From assembly GCA_963768855.1 (NCBI GenBank), contig CAVYJM010000006.1:800001-864000 (forward strand): a stretch of 64,000 bases of DNA, given 5' to 3'. Shown piece after piece: positions 9,671 to 18,421 of the stretch. The stretch is from an uncultured Thermoplasmata archaeon (GTDB lineage Archaea > Thermoplasmatota > Thermoplasmata > RBG-16-68-12). The notes beneath the pieces are model-generated. The model did not search any database. It had not been told where the DNA came from and saw only the letters and a list, made by a program, of their open reading frames with translations. The position numbers were made by a program, and so were the translations under genes. Each line of letters starts with the position of its first letter. The first letter of the stretch is position 1.

Positions 9671-10423
9671 CTATAGACCTCTCCTCGTCTCCCTCTTTGT
9701 ACGAGTTCGGGGAGCCGCGTCGGGCGGGGTGCCTTCCAGGAATCCGCGAGCCCGCCGGAAGATGCCATCGAACATCTCCTCCGTGAGCAGGCCGGTCTGC
9801 GTGTTGCGCTGGCTTGGGTGGTAGGACACGAGGAGCGTGACCGGTCCGAGGTCCGCGACATGCCCGTGGCCGAATGAGGGTCTCGGCCTGGGGATCTCCC
9901 GACCTGTGGCCCCCCATGCGCGGAGGAAGTGGTCCATCGCGACCTGGCCCAGGACGACGACCACCTTGAGTCCCCTCAGCAACTCGATTTCCGCCTCGAG
10001 GTACGGTCGGCACCGGGCGAACTCGATCGGGGAAGGGCGGTTCCCCGGTGGGGCGCATCGCACGGCGGCTGCGACGTACGCGTCGGTCAGCCGAAGGCCG
10101 TCGTCGACCGAGACGGAGGTCGCCTGGTTCGCGAAGCCGGCCCGGTGAAGGGCGCGGTACAGCCAGTCGCCGCTCCGATCCCCGGTGAAGACCCGGCCCG
10201 TCCGGTTCCCGCCGTGGGCCGCCGGCGCGAGCCCGACGATCAGCATACGGGCCGCCGGGTCGCCGAAACCGGGGACCGGCCGGCCCCAGTAGGTCCAGTC
10301 GCGGAACCGGGCCACCCTCTCCCGTGCAACCTGCTCGCGGTACCGGACGAGGCGGGGACACTTCCGGCACGCGACGATGTGGTCCTTCAGCGTCCCGAGG
10401 TCGCGCGCGTGGGCCCCGTGCAC
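9671..10423 (-). CDS. udgB: Uracil-DNA glycosylase, family 5 (UDGb type, 4Fe-4S)
   Basis: CRKCPRL, GLAPAAHGGNRTG, VRCAPP, SYHPSQRN. Confidence 0.85.
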   Translation of the reverse strand: MHGAHARDLGTLKDHIVACRKCPRLVRYREQVARERVARFRDWTYWGRPVPGFGDPAARMLIVGLAPAAHGGNRTGRVFTGDRSGDWLYRALHRAGFANQATSVSVDDGLRLTDAYVAAAVRCAPPGNRPSPIEFARCRPYLEAEIELLRGLKVVVVLGQVAMDHFLRAWGATGREIPRPRPSFGHGHVADLGPVTLLVSYHPSQRNTQTGLLTEEMFDGIFRRARGFLEGTPPDAAPRTRTKRETRRGL

Positions 10424-10512
10424 GCGCCAGCGACGCGTCCCGACGTCATAATCATTGCCGCGTGTGCACGGGGATGCGGAGGGTCAAACCGCGGGGCCGC
10501 CCTCCAGGTTCC

Positions 10513-11196
10513 ATGGCCGCGAAGACCCGCGAGGTGCGGTTCCGCCGCCTCGTGGACCTTTCTCAGGAGATCTCGCCGGACACGCCGATGTTCCCCGCCT
10601 ATCCTGCGCCCGCGTTCACGCCGTGGACCACGCGCGAGGTCCACGGATTCCTCGCCGAGACCCTGTTCTTTGTGAGCCACACGGGCACCCACGTGGACGC
10701 GCCGTTCCACTTCGAGCCGACCGGGAAGAAGGTTGACGAACTCCCGCTCGACCAGTTCCTCGCTCCCGGACACGTCTTGAACCTTCCCGGCCCGGCCCCC
10801 CGCGCGTCGGTGGAAGCCCCTGACCTCCGGACGGCCCGAAAGGCGGCGGGGCGTCCCATCCATCCAGGAGACGCCGCGCTCATCCGAACGGGATGGGAGC
10901 GGACCCGGGGCACGCCGGGCTATCTCCACGAGAACCCGGGACTCGGAAGGGCCGCCGCGAAAGAGCTCGTGGACTGGGGCGTCTCCCTCGTGGGGATCGA
11001 CTCCCCCAACCTCGACGCGGCCGGAGCGGTCGACTACCCGGCCCACCACACGCTCCTGGGTGCGGGCATCCCGGTCGTGGAGAACGTCGCCAACATGGCC
11101 GAGCTGGGGACCGGGCCGTTCACCCTCGTGGCGTTCCCGCTCCGCCTCCGCGGCACGACCGGATCGCCCATCCGGCTCGTCGCCCTGGTGGAGTGA
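10513..11196 (+). CDS. Cyclase family metal-dependent hydrolase (kynurenine formamidase-like)
   Basis: VDLSQ, HTGTHVDAPFH, GIDSP, VENV, GSPIR. Confidence 0.85.
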   Translation: MAAKTREVRFRRLVDLSQEISPDTPMFPAYPAPAFTPWTTREVHGFLAETLFFVSHTGTHVDAPFHFEPTGKKVDELPLDQFLAPGHVLNLPGPAPRASVEAPDLRTARKAAGRPIHPGDAALIRTGWERTRGTPGYLHENPGLGRAAAKELVDWGVSLVGIDSPNLDAAGAVDYPAHHTLLGAGIPVVENVANMAELGTGPFTLVAFPLRLRGTTGSPIRLVALVE

Positions 11197-11265
11197 TCCT
11201 CGCCCTGGGCCCCGACGCGGTCCCCTGGGAAACCTTAGTATGGGGCCGGGTGTTTCCCGCGGACA

Positions 11266-11658
11266 ATGCCGGAGTACCGCATCCCGAGCGACGAGCGCGT
11301 GAAGGAGTCGCTCACTCGGGTGTTCGCGACCCGGCACGAAGTGAACAGCCAGCACCGGCTGAAGCAGCTCGTCGAGAAGGACCTGAAGGCCGAAGAGCGC
11401 TTCCGCGTCGGAGAGCCGCGGCTGCGTCAGATCGCGATCGACTCGGGGCTCGTCGACCTCGAGATCCATTGCCGCGAGACGGATCAACGGAAGAGCCTAT
11501 ACAAGTGCCCGGTCTGCGGCGAGCGCCTCCAGCGCGTGCGCAACATGACCGTCTACGGGGGAACGGTCACCCTGGGCTACCGCTGCGAGCGGTGCAAGTA
11601 CTGGACGGGCCTCAAGCGCCGCATCCCAATCCGCTACGTGTTCACGAGGCGCCCCTGA
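11266..11658 (+). CDS. Zn-ribbon protein with basic helical N-terminal domain
   Basis: CPVC...CERC pairs; TGATG coupling to the next gene. Confidence 0.7.
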   Translation: MPEYRIPSDERVKESLTRVFATRHEVNSQHRLKQLVEKDLKAEERFRVGEPRLRQIAIDSGLVDLEIHCRETDQRKSLYKCPVCGERLQRVRNMTVYGGTVTLGYRCERCKYWTGLKRRIPIRYVFTRRP

Positions 11659-12617
11659 TGCAGGTCGTCTACCGCGGAGGCATTCTCCTCCAGGATGGCC
11701 TCTGCCACATCATCCTCGACCCGGCCCGGAAGACCCCCGGGTCCGTCGTGAGCCACGGCCACATGGACCACCTGACGTCGGGCGGCGTGATGACGCCGGA
11801 GACCCTCGAGGTCCTCCGGGTGCGCCGCGGGTCCGGAACGGGGACCGAGCTTCCCTACGAGAAGGAGATCGAGCTCAACGGGTTCCGCGTCACGCTGAAA
11901 GATGCCGGCCATGTCTTTGGCTCCGCGATGGTGCGGGCGGACGACCTTCTCTACACGGGGGACTTCAACCCGGAGGGCGGCGCCACCTGCGGCAAGGCGG
12001 TCCCCGAGAAGGTCCACAGCCTCGTCGTCGACGCGACGTACGGGAAGCCCGGCCTAAGCTTCCCGGACAAGAGCATGGTCGAGGCGGACCTGCTCAACTG
12101 GCTCGAGATGGAGCTGGCCGAAGGCCCCGTGGCCCTCGGCGGCTACGTGTTCGGAAAGAGTCAGGAGCTCATCGCCTTGGTGAACCGCCTCAAGGTCGAG
12201 GTCGCGGTCGCAGATGGCATCGCCGACCTCGCGGACATCTACGTGCGGCACGGCGTGAAGTTGCACTACCGCAGGATCTCGAGCCTCGCGGAATCGGAAC
12301 GGCGGGATCCGCGGGTCTACATCTTGCCGCCGGGCTGGCTCCGACCCCCGCTTGACGAGAGCGTTTCGTGGCTCGGCGCGCTGCGCCTCCGGTCCGCGTA
12401 CGTCTCCGGGTGGGCCGCGTTCTTCGACTTCACGCGCCGGTATGGGCTCGACGCGCAGTTCCCCCTGAGCGATCACGCGGACTTCGATGACTTGATGGCC
12501 TTCATCGAGGCCTGCGAGCCACGGGTCGTCTACCCGGTCTTCAGCCATGCCACCGACCTGGCCCGCGCGGTGGAGCGCAAGCTGCGCATCAAGGCGGTGC
12601 CCCTCCTGGAGAAGTGA
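11658..12617 (+). CDS. Compact MBL-fold/beta-CASP nuclease
   Basis: SHGHMDH, AGHVFGS, YTGD, DATYG, LSDHAD. Confidence 0.8.
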   Translation: MQVVYRGGILLQDGLCHIILDPARKTPGSVVSHGHMDHLTSGGVMTPETLEVLRVRRGSGTGTELPYEKEIELNGFRVTLKDAGHVFGSAMVRADDLLYTGDFNPEGGATCGKAVPEKVHSLVVDATYGKPGLSFPDKSMVEADLLNWLEMELAEGPVALGGYVFGKSQELIALVNRLKVEVAVADGIADLADIYVRHGVKLHYRRISSLAESERRDPRVYILPPGWLRPPLDESVSWLGALRLRSAYVSGWAAFFDFTRRYGLDAQFPLSDHADFDDLMAFIEACEPRVVYPVFSHATDLARAVERKLRIKAVPLLEK

Positions 12618-12621
12618 TTCG

Positions 12622-13041
12622 GTGCAGAGCGCAGAGGAAGGCAACCGGGTGATGGTGAAGCTCTCCGACGGCGAGGAACTGTTCGCGAGCCTGGAAGCCG
12701 CGGCCCGGAAGCACCAGATCGAAAGTGGCGCGGTGCTCTGGGGCATCGGGATGCTTCAGGATTTCGAGATCGGATTCTTCTCCCCGACCAGCTACGAGAA
12801 GAAGGCGTACGCGGACCGCCACGAGCTCATCGCGCTCCACGGCAGCATCGCGATGCGCGCGGAGCCGAAGTTCCACCTTCATGTCGCGGTGGCGGGGCGG
12901 GACCACGGTGTCGTCGGCGGTCATCTGTTTCGGGCCAAGGCCTGCGTCGTCAACGAGATCGGCCTCGAGCGGTTCCGGGACATCCGCTTGAACCGCAAGG
13001 CCAATCCGAGGACGACGCTGAACGAGCTCGAGATCGAATGA
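12622..13041 (+). CDS. PPC-domain (DUF296) protein
   Basis: GIGML, ELIALHGSI, FHLHVAV, GGHL; GTG start inferred 4 nt after the upstream stop. Confidence 0.8.
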   Translation: MQSAEEGNRVMVKLSDGEELFASLEAAARKHQIESGAVLWGIGMLQDFEIGFFSPTSYEKKAYADRHELIALHGSIAMRAEPKFHLHVAVAGRDHGVVGGHLFRAKACVVNEIGLERFRDIRLNRKANPRTTLNELEIE

Positions 13042-13061
13042 GCGCGCGGCGGGACGGCCCT

Positions 13062-14180
13062 TCATGGAATCGTGGGACGCCCCGGAGACGGGAGGTCAGG
13101 GTGCCGCAAGGCGGCCAGGTAGACCGCCAGCGCTACGAGGGCCATGGCCGCCGCTAGTTCGAACGTCAGCGCATAGCTCACCGCAGCCACGAACCCACCG
13201 AGGATCGGCCCGACGATCGAGGAGAGGCTCGTCACGCTGTTGAACCATCCTCCCGCGGTTCCCGTCTCCACATTCTCCTCGGTGATGAACTTCAGAGATC
13301 CCACGTAGAGGGTTGCCCACGCGAACCCGAGAACAATCTGGATGGCGAGCATCGACCAGAAGTCCCATGAGACCAGGAAGAGCACGAAGGTGGCGAAGGA
13401 GCCGAGAAGGCCGACGACGATCAGGGTGCGGCTCCCATAGCGGTCGATCCCCTGCATCACCACGAACTGGACGAACGGGTTGAAGGCGTTGATGACCCCG
13501 ATCTCGAGGAGGTCGAGGTGGAGGACCTCGGCGAGGTAGATCGGAAAGATGCCCCAGATCATGTTCGCACCCGTGTGGCGGATGAACATCATTGCGTAGA
13601 CCGGGACGTTCCGTCGAAGGACCTTCCTCGGGAAGAGGGGCACGCGGATCCCGCCGGCAGCCTCCGCCGGGGCGGCGGTGGCCAGGAAGAAGGCGAGGAA
13701 CCAGGCAGCGGAGGCGAGGGCGAACACCTGCCAGTACACGCCCGGATCGATTTGCGCGGCGACTCCCGCGAGCGCGTTCCCGAGGGCCCACCCCAGCGAT
13801 CCCCATGAGGAGAACTTGCCCATCAGGGAATCCGCAGTCTTCGCATACGCCAGGAGGGCCGCGGGGTACATGCCCACGCAGAAGCCCAGGAGCGTGCGGC
13901 TGGCGAGGAGGAGCCATGGGTTCACCGCGAACGGCTGGAGCAGACACGTCACCGCGGAGAGGAGCAGGCCCGCCCGCAGGATCCGCCGCACTCCCTGAAC
14001 GTCCGCCGCGCGTCCGAGGAAGATCGAAGCGAAGACGATGGCCGCGTTGTACGCCGCGACGATGAAGCCGACTTCCTCGAGCGAGGCGCCGTATTGGACG
14101 GCGTAGAGGGGGATGAAGAGTCCCGCCGCGGAGGCCGCCGCATTGGTCAGGAAGTTGATGTGGCGGGGACGGGGCCGCAC
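13062..14180 (-). CDS. MFS transporter
   Basis: About 12 hydrophobic segments; motif-A-like GRAADVQGVRR and IDRYGSR. Confidence 0.85.
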   Translation of the reverse strand: MRPRPRHINFLTNAAASAAGLFIPLYAVQYGASLEEVGFIVAAYNAAIVFASIFLGRAADVQGVRRILRAGLLLSAVTCLLQPFAVNPWLLLASRTLLGFCVGMYPAALLAYAKTADSLMGKFSSWGSLGWALGNALAGVAAQIDPGVYWQVFALASAAWFLAFFLATAAPAEAAGGIRVPLFPRKVLRRNVPVYAMMFIRHTGANMIWGIFPIYLAEVLHLDLLEIGVINAFNPFVQFVVMQGIDRYGSRTLIVVGLLGSFATFVLFLVSWDFWSMLAIQIVLGFAWATLYVGSLKFITEENVETGTAGGWFNSVTSLSSIVGPILGGFVAAVSYALTFELAAAMALVALAVYLAALRHPDLPSPGRPTIP

Positions 14181-14210
14181 GGGGTCACGACGCGACGGAG
14201 CGGGGGCGGC

Positions 14211-14414
14211 TCACCAGCCGAGGCGCTCGAGTTCCCGGTCCTTCTTGGTCGCCTTGCGGAACGCGCGGTAGTGCTCCCGGCACAGGTGGACCCGGCGGAA
14301 GTCCGCGGTCAGGGTCTTTCCCGCCAGGATCTCCTTCGCCTTGTCCAGGGCCACGGACCGCACGGCGTCCTGTCCGCACCCGGACACCCCGCAGACCTCC
14401 TTCTTGGCGGGCAT
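14211..14414 (-). CDS. Small basic Zn-finger protein (CxxxxC...CxxH)
   Basis: MPAKKEVCGVSGC...HLCREHY; own TATA (cttata on minus, 14438-14443). Confidence 0.7.
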   Translation of the reverse strand: MPAKKEVCGVSGCGQDAVRSVALDKAKEILAGKTLTADFRRVHLCREHYRAFRKATKKDRELERLGW

Positions 14415-14454
14415 CGCTCGGGCGATGACGCCTCGCGTATAAGAAATTCGCCGC

Positions 14455-15696
14455 TCAGTCGGGTCGGCGTCGGAACATGACGGCTGCGGAGACGGCGACG
14501 AGGAACACGGCCGCAACGATGGCCATCTGGGTGGGCCCGTCGAGGCCGGGCTGCGGGAGCGCGACGCTCTCGACCTCCAAACTCGCCGAACTCAGGTCGG
14601 GCACGTACACGACGAGCACGGTGGCGTTCATGGAGAGCCGCGCGTACGTCGCGTGATCCGTCGACCCCGGAAGTGCAAACAGGGACGCGAGCGGATCGGC
14701 GGCCTCCGGGATCTCGACCCCGTTGGCCATCACGTTCAGGCGATGCTGAGAGTCCGCCGGCATCGTGTCGGGGTCGAACGCGAGGAGCACGAGGCCGTCT
14801 TGGGGCCCGGCCGTCTCGAGTTTGAGGACGGCCCGGTTGAACTGGACCTCATTGCTTTCCAACACGAGGTCGTCCAGGTATCTTGCCGAGTTCTCCAGCC
14901 AGCCCCCACTGGACACCGCGACGAGAGCGAACTCGGCCGCCAGCCGGCCCGAGCCGAACGCATCGAGGAGAGCGGTGCGCTGCATCGCGTGCTCGCTGGA
15001 CCCGGGCACGGCCCGCAGGGCGAGGTAGTCGTTGGCCGCAAGGGAAGCGGTCACCGTCGTTCCATTGAGAGCCAGGCCCCCTCGACCGACGATCAGCCGG
15101 CCGTTGTTGCCCCCGCTCGTGAAAGCGAGGCTCGCGGCCGGCCAGGAGTCAGACTGGGAGACTTGGAGGTCCGTCGTGGCCGCGGGGAATGTCAAGATGA
15201 CGCTGCGCGGCTGACTTAGGGTGCGGATTTCCAGGAGGGCCGTTGGCTCGTCGTGCGCGATGATCGTCGTGTCGTTGTCGGCCGTGATGAAGGTCGCACC
15301 GGCGACGACCGGCGGTGCGTTCGGGGAGAAGCCCGCGACGGAGATGGAATCGACGAGGACGGACGTCTGGCTCCCGTTGACCAGGAAGTACGCGGCGATC
15401 GGGCCGCTCCCGTCAACGTAGTCGAATTGGACGAACGGGCCGGACGCCACGCTGCCATCCCAGGAGAACGGTGCGAACAGCCCGCTCGCCAGGCCCCGCT
15501 GGAACGCCTCCGCCACGGGCACGTTGGTGTCTTGCGACCGCATCGTGGCCGGCTCTGGCGCGGCGGTCCACCCCAGCACCGCGGCCATCGGACCGTGCAC
15601 GGTGGCGACCATTACGCCCACGGGGAGCAGCGTCAGCGCGAGCAGGGCGGACGTCGCCCGATGGAGACGACGGCACGCGTCCCCGCCCTTTCTCAT
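14455..15696 (-). CDS. Secreted surface protein with C-terminal membrane anchor
   Basis: N-terminal signal-like hydrophobic stretch; beta-rich S/T/A body with N-x-S/T sequons; C-terminal TM followed by RRR. Confidence 0.7.
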   Translation of the reverse strand: MRKGGDACRRLHRATSALLALTLLPVGVMVATVHGPMAAVLGWTAAPEPATMRSQDTNVPVAEAFQRGLASGLFAPFSWDGSVASGPFVQFDYVDGSGPIAAYFLVNGSQTSVLVDSISVAGFSPNAPPVVAGATFITADNDTTIIAHDEPTALLEIRTLSQPRSVILTFPAATTDLQVSQSDSWPAASLAFTSGGNNGRLIVGRGGLALNGTTVTASLAANDYLALRAVPGSSEHAMQRTALLDAFGSGRLAAEFALVAVSSGGWLENSARYLDDLVLESNEVQFNRAVLKLETAGPQDGLVLLAFDPDTMPADSQHRLNVMANGVEIPEAADPLASLFALPGSTDHATYARLSMNATVLVVYVPDLSSASLEVESVALPQPGLDGPTQMAIVAAVFLVAVSAAVMFRRRPD

Positions 15697-15863
15697 CGGT
15701 TCCTTACCGTCCCACCGCCGCTAAATGCGTTTTGGTGCGCGTTCCGGAGGTGTTAGGACGATGTTCGAACCAGATGTGCGCCTCCTTGCGAAGCCCGGTT
15801 CGCCTCATCTTCGACGGCTGTACGGAAAGACCTTTTAGCCCACGTGACTATTGCTCGGAGGTA

Positions 15864-16121
15864 ATGGGACCTCTCGACGCGTTTGTCCGGGTAGCGTTCG
15901 TTGGCTTCGCGGCAATCCTGGCGGCGGTGTCCCTGAAATCCTACGCGCGTCACCGAGAGAGGCGGTTCCTCCTTCTGAGCGCGGCCTTCGGGCTGTTTCT
16001 CGTGGAGGGCGCGTGGCTCGTCGTGGAGATGGCGTTGTCTTGGTCTTCGTCCGTCGGGACGGAGTGGGTCACGCTGAACCTCGCCGTCCTCGTCTCCCTG
16101 TATTTGGCCCTGCTGAGGTGA
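15864..16121 (+). CDS. Small three-TM membrane protein
   Basis: GGAGGT SD at the right spacing; three hydrophobic helices; 4 nt before the wHTH gene. Confidence 0.7.
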   Translation: MGPLDAFVRVAFVGFAAILAAVSLKSYARHRERRFLLLSAAFGLFLVEGAWLVVEMALSWSSSVGTEWVTLNLAVLVSLYLALLR

Positions 16122-16125
16122 CAAC

Positions 16126-16650
16126 ATGTCAGAAGGTCTTGAGTTGGAGAGTCGCCGCCGCATTTACGATTACCTTCTCGCGAACCCGGGTGTGCACCTG
16201 CGCCGGATCGGCCAGGCCCTCGGGATGTCGACGGGCATGCTGTCCTACCATCTCATGTACCTCGAGCGGGAGGGCATGCTGAAATCCGAGACGGATGGCC
16301 ACCGGAAGCGATACTTCATCGCCCGCGCCTTCATGGAGGCGCAGAGGCGGATCCTCGGAGTCCTGCGGCAGGGCGTGCCCCGCAAGATCGTGGTCGAGAT
16401 CCTCCTGCACGGGGAGCGGACCTTCGCCGAGCTCCGTGAGGCAACCGGCGTGTCGAAGTCGACTCTCTCCTACCATCTCCAGCACATGATGGAGCGGGAC
16501 CTCCTCATCCGCTATCGGAGGGAAAGGGAGAGCGTCTTCGCGATCAAAGATATGAACGAGGTGTCGAACCTCCTCGTGTCGAACCGGCAGAGCTTCCACG
16601 ACGACGCGGTCGATCGGTTCGCCGACCTCTGGACACGGCTCCAGCAGTGA
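16126..16650 (+). CDS. Tandem winged-HTH (ArsR-like) transcription regulator
   Basis: RRRIYDYLLANPGVHLRRIGQAL..LSYHL and a second TFAELREATGVSKSTLSYHL repeat. Confidence 0.85.
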   Translation: MSEGLELESRRRIYDYLLANPGVHLRRIGQALGMSTGMLSYHLMYLEREGMLKSETDGHRKRYFIARAFMEAQRRILGVLRQGVPRKIVVEILLHGERTFAELREATGVSKSTLSYHLQHMMERDLLIRYRRERESVFAIKDMNEVSNLLVSNRQSFHDDAVDRFADLWTRLQQ

Positions 16651-16662
16651 GCGCCCGCGGGC

Positions 16663-17934
16663 TCAGCCGTTCTTCATGTACTCCCGCAAGAGGCAGGTCG
16701 CGTACGCCCCGCGGGTGAGCTCGACCGACACTTCCAGCCTTCCCTCCGCCACGCGGGCATCGATCGACCGAATCGGCGCGAGGATCTCCCGTCGCGTCCC
16801 CCGCGAGGAGATGCGCGGGATCTCGGGGATGATGAAATCCTCCGGCCGCACGCCCTCTGCGGCGACGACGGCCCTCTCGATCTCCCCCATCTCGCCGTCG
16901 GCGAAGGCCGTCTCGGACCCGTAGAGGACCGCGCTCACCCAGGCCTTCCCCGCCCGGCACCGCTCCGCGACCCGCTCCCAGTTGTCCGCGGTGACCTCGA
17001 TCGTCCGCTCCCGGTCCGGGAGCCCGCGTCGGTCCGCGGGCAGGACGAGGTCCCCCTCGATAGGTTCGTGGATTGGGAGGCCGCGCCGCATGCGCTCGCT
17101 CAGGATGAGGTTGTAGAGGAACGACTGGTACGCATGGACGAACATGATCAGCAGGTTCAGCGGGAGGACCTGGAGCGCGCCGACCGCGTCGTCCGGATGG
17201 ACCGCCAGATGGCTCAGGATCGCCTTCTCAAACGTGTAGGCACGCGGATAGTTGTGAAGGGCTTCCTTCACGTCGCCGCTCTCGGCGAGCGCGGAGCGGA
17301 CCTCGAACGACTCCGCGTCCTCCCCCTCGATCGGGTTCGCGACGTAGGTCTCCACCGCCTTCCTGAATTCTCCCCGTACGATCTGCCGGCCGACCTGGTG
17401 GGTCACGGGCCGGACGGAGCCGAACCGCTGGACGCCGAAGAAGTTGGGGAATCCCCGGAACGCCTCGAGCTGGCGGGTCGTCTCGGCGACGACCCGGGTC
17501 GCCTCATCCGAGGGCAGCCGCAGGTCGCGGACGACGATCCGGAATCCGTTGCCCACGAGATCGCCGATCTCGAGCGGCCGCGAGGACGTGTACGCCTCGA
17601 GGACGTCGACATCCTTGAGGCGCAAATCCCGCACCGTCTCGGGCGAGATGCGCTCGAAGGAAAACAGCTGGGTCGTCCACGCGCGTTTGTCCTTGGTCCC
17701 CGCGAAGCCGATGCGCCGTCGAGAGATGCGGAGGCTCCGGGCGAGCTGCCGGACGAGCCGGTTCGTCTCCCACTCGCGGACGCGCAGCCGCGCGATCGTG
17801 TACACGCCATCCGGGTCAGGGACGCGGTCTTCCGACACCTCTTCGACAACGAAGTCCTCCGCGGTGGCTTTGAGGACCCCACCCACGCCGGGCGTGGTGG
17901 TCAGGAAGCCATCGATCCCGAGGTCCCGCTCCAT
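16663..17934 (-). CDS. truD: tRNA pseudouridine(13) synthase TruD
   Basis: EDFVVEE, FAGTKDKRA with catalytic Asp, FPNFFGVQRFG, GAYAT. Confidence 0.92.
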   Translation of the reverse strand: MERDLGIDGFLTTTPGVGGVLKATAEDFVVEEVSEDRVPDPDGVYTIARLRVREWETNRLVRQLARSLRISRRRIGFAGTKDKRAWTTQLFSFERISPETVRDLRLKDVDVLEAYTSSRPLEIGDLVGNGFRIVVRDLRLPSDEATRVVAETTRQLEAFRGFPNFFGVQRFGSVRPVTHQVGRQIVRGEFRKAVETYVANPIEGEDAESFEVRSALAESGDVKEALHNYPRAYTFEKAILSHLAVHPDDAVGALQVLPLNLLIMFVHAYQSFLYNLILSERMRRGLPIHEPIEGDLVLPADRRGLPDRERTIEVTADNWERVAERCRAGKAWVSAVLYGSETAFADGEMGEIERAVVAAEGVRPEDFIIPEIPRISSRGTRREILAPIRSIDARVAEGRLEVSVELTRGAYATCLLREYMKNG

Positions 17935-17938
17935 ACGT

Positions 17939-18214
17939 CTACGCGATCTCCTTCTCCAGGAGTTTCTTCGCGCCTGCGTAGTCGTCCGCAAGACCCTTCG
18001 CCGCGCGCTTGAGGGCCGCCTCGGGCGCCCCCTTCTTCGTACGGATCGTGAGCACGGGCTTGTCGAGCTGCGGGTGACCGCTGTAGTAGAGGGCGTCCGC
18101 CACGTCGCCATCCTTGAGGAGCGCGGTGATTAGAGGCTGAATGAGCGTCTCGTCAGGGTTCGTGACCTCGACGCGGAGGGAGTCCTTCTGTTTCTCTAGG
18201 AGGCGCAGCTGCAT
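17939..18214 (-). CDS. rpo11: DNA-directed RNA polymerase subunit L (Rpo11)
   Basis: 91 aa; ETLIQPL..AL, YYSGHPQLDKPVL.IRT; TATA at 18241-18246; truD follows. Confidence 0.8.
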   Translation of the reverse strand: MQLRLLEKQKDSLRVEVTNPDETLIQPLITALLKDGDVADALYYSGHPQLDKPVLTIRTKKGAPEAALKRAAKGLADDYAGAKKLLEKEIA

Positions 18215-18421
18215 CGACGGCGGCTCAGGGGGAGCCGCCATTTAAGGCTTTGCGGGCCCCGGCGCCTCGACGGCCCTCGGAGCGGGCGCCGGCTGCGCAG
18301 GTCCAGGTGACCGCCGGCGCAGAAGGGGGTCCGCCCTATCTCCATCGCCATGAGGTCCTGTCGCACGTCCGCGGCGCGACGGCCTCCCTGGCTCGGAACC
18401 TAAATATCGAAGAGCCCATTC

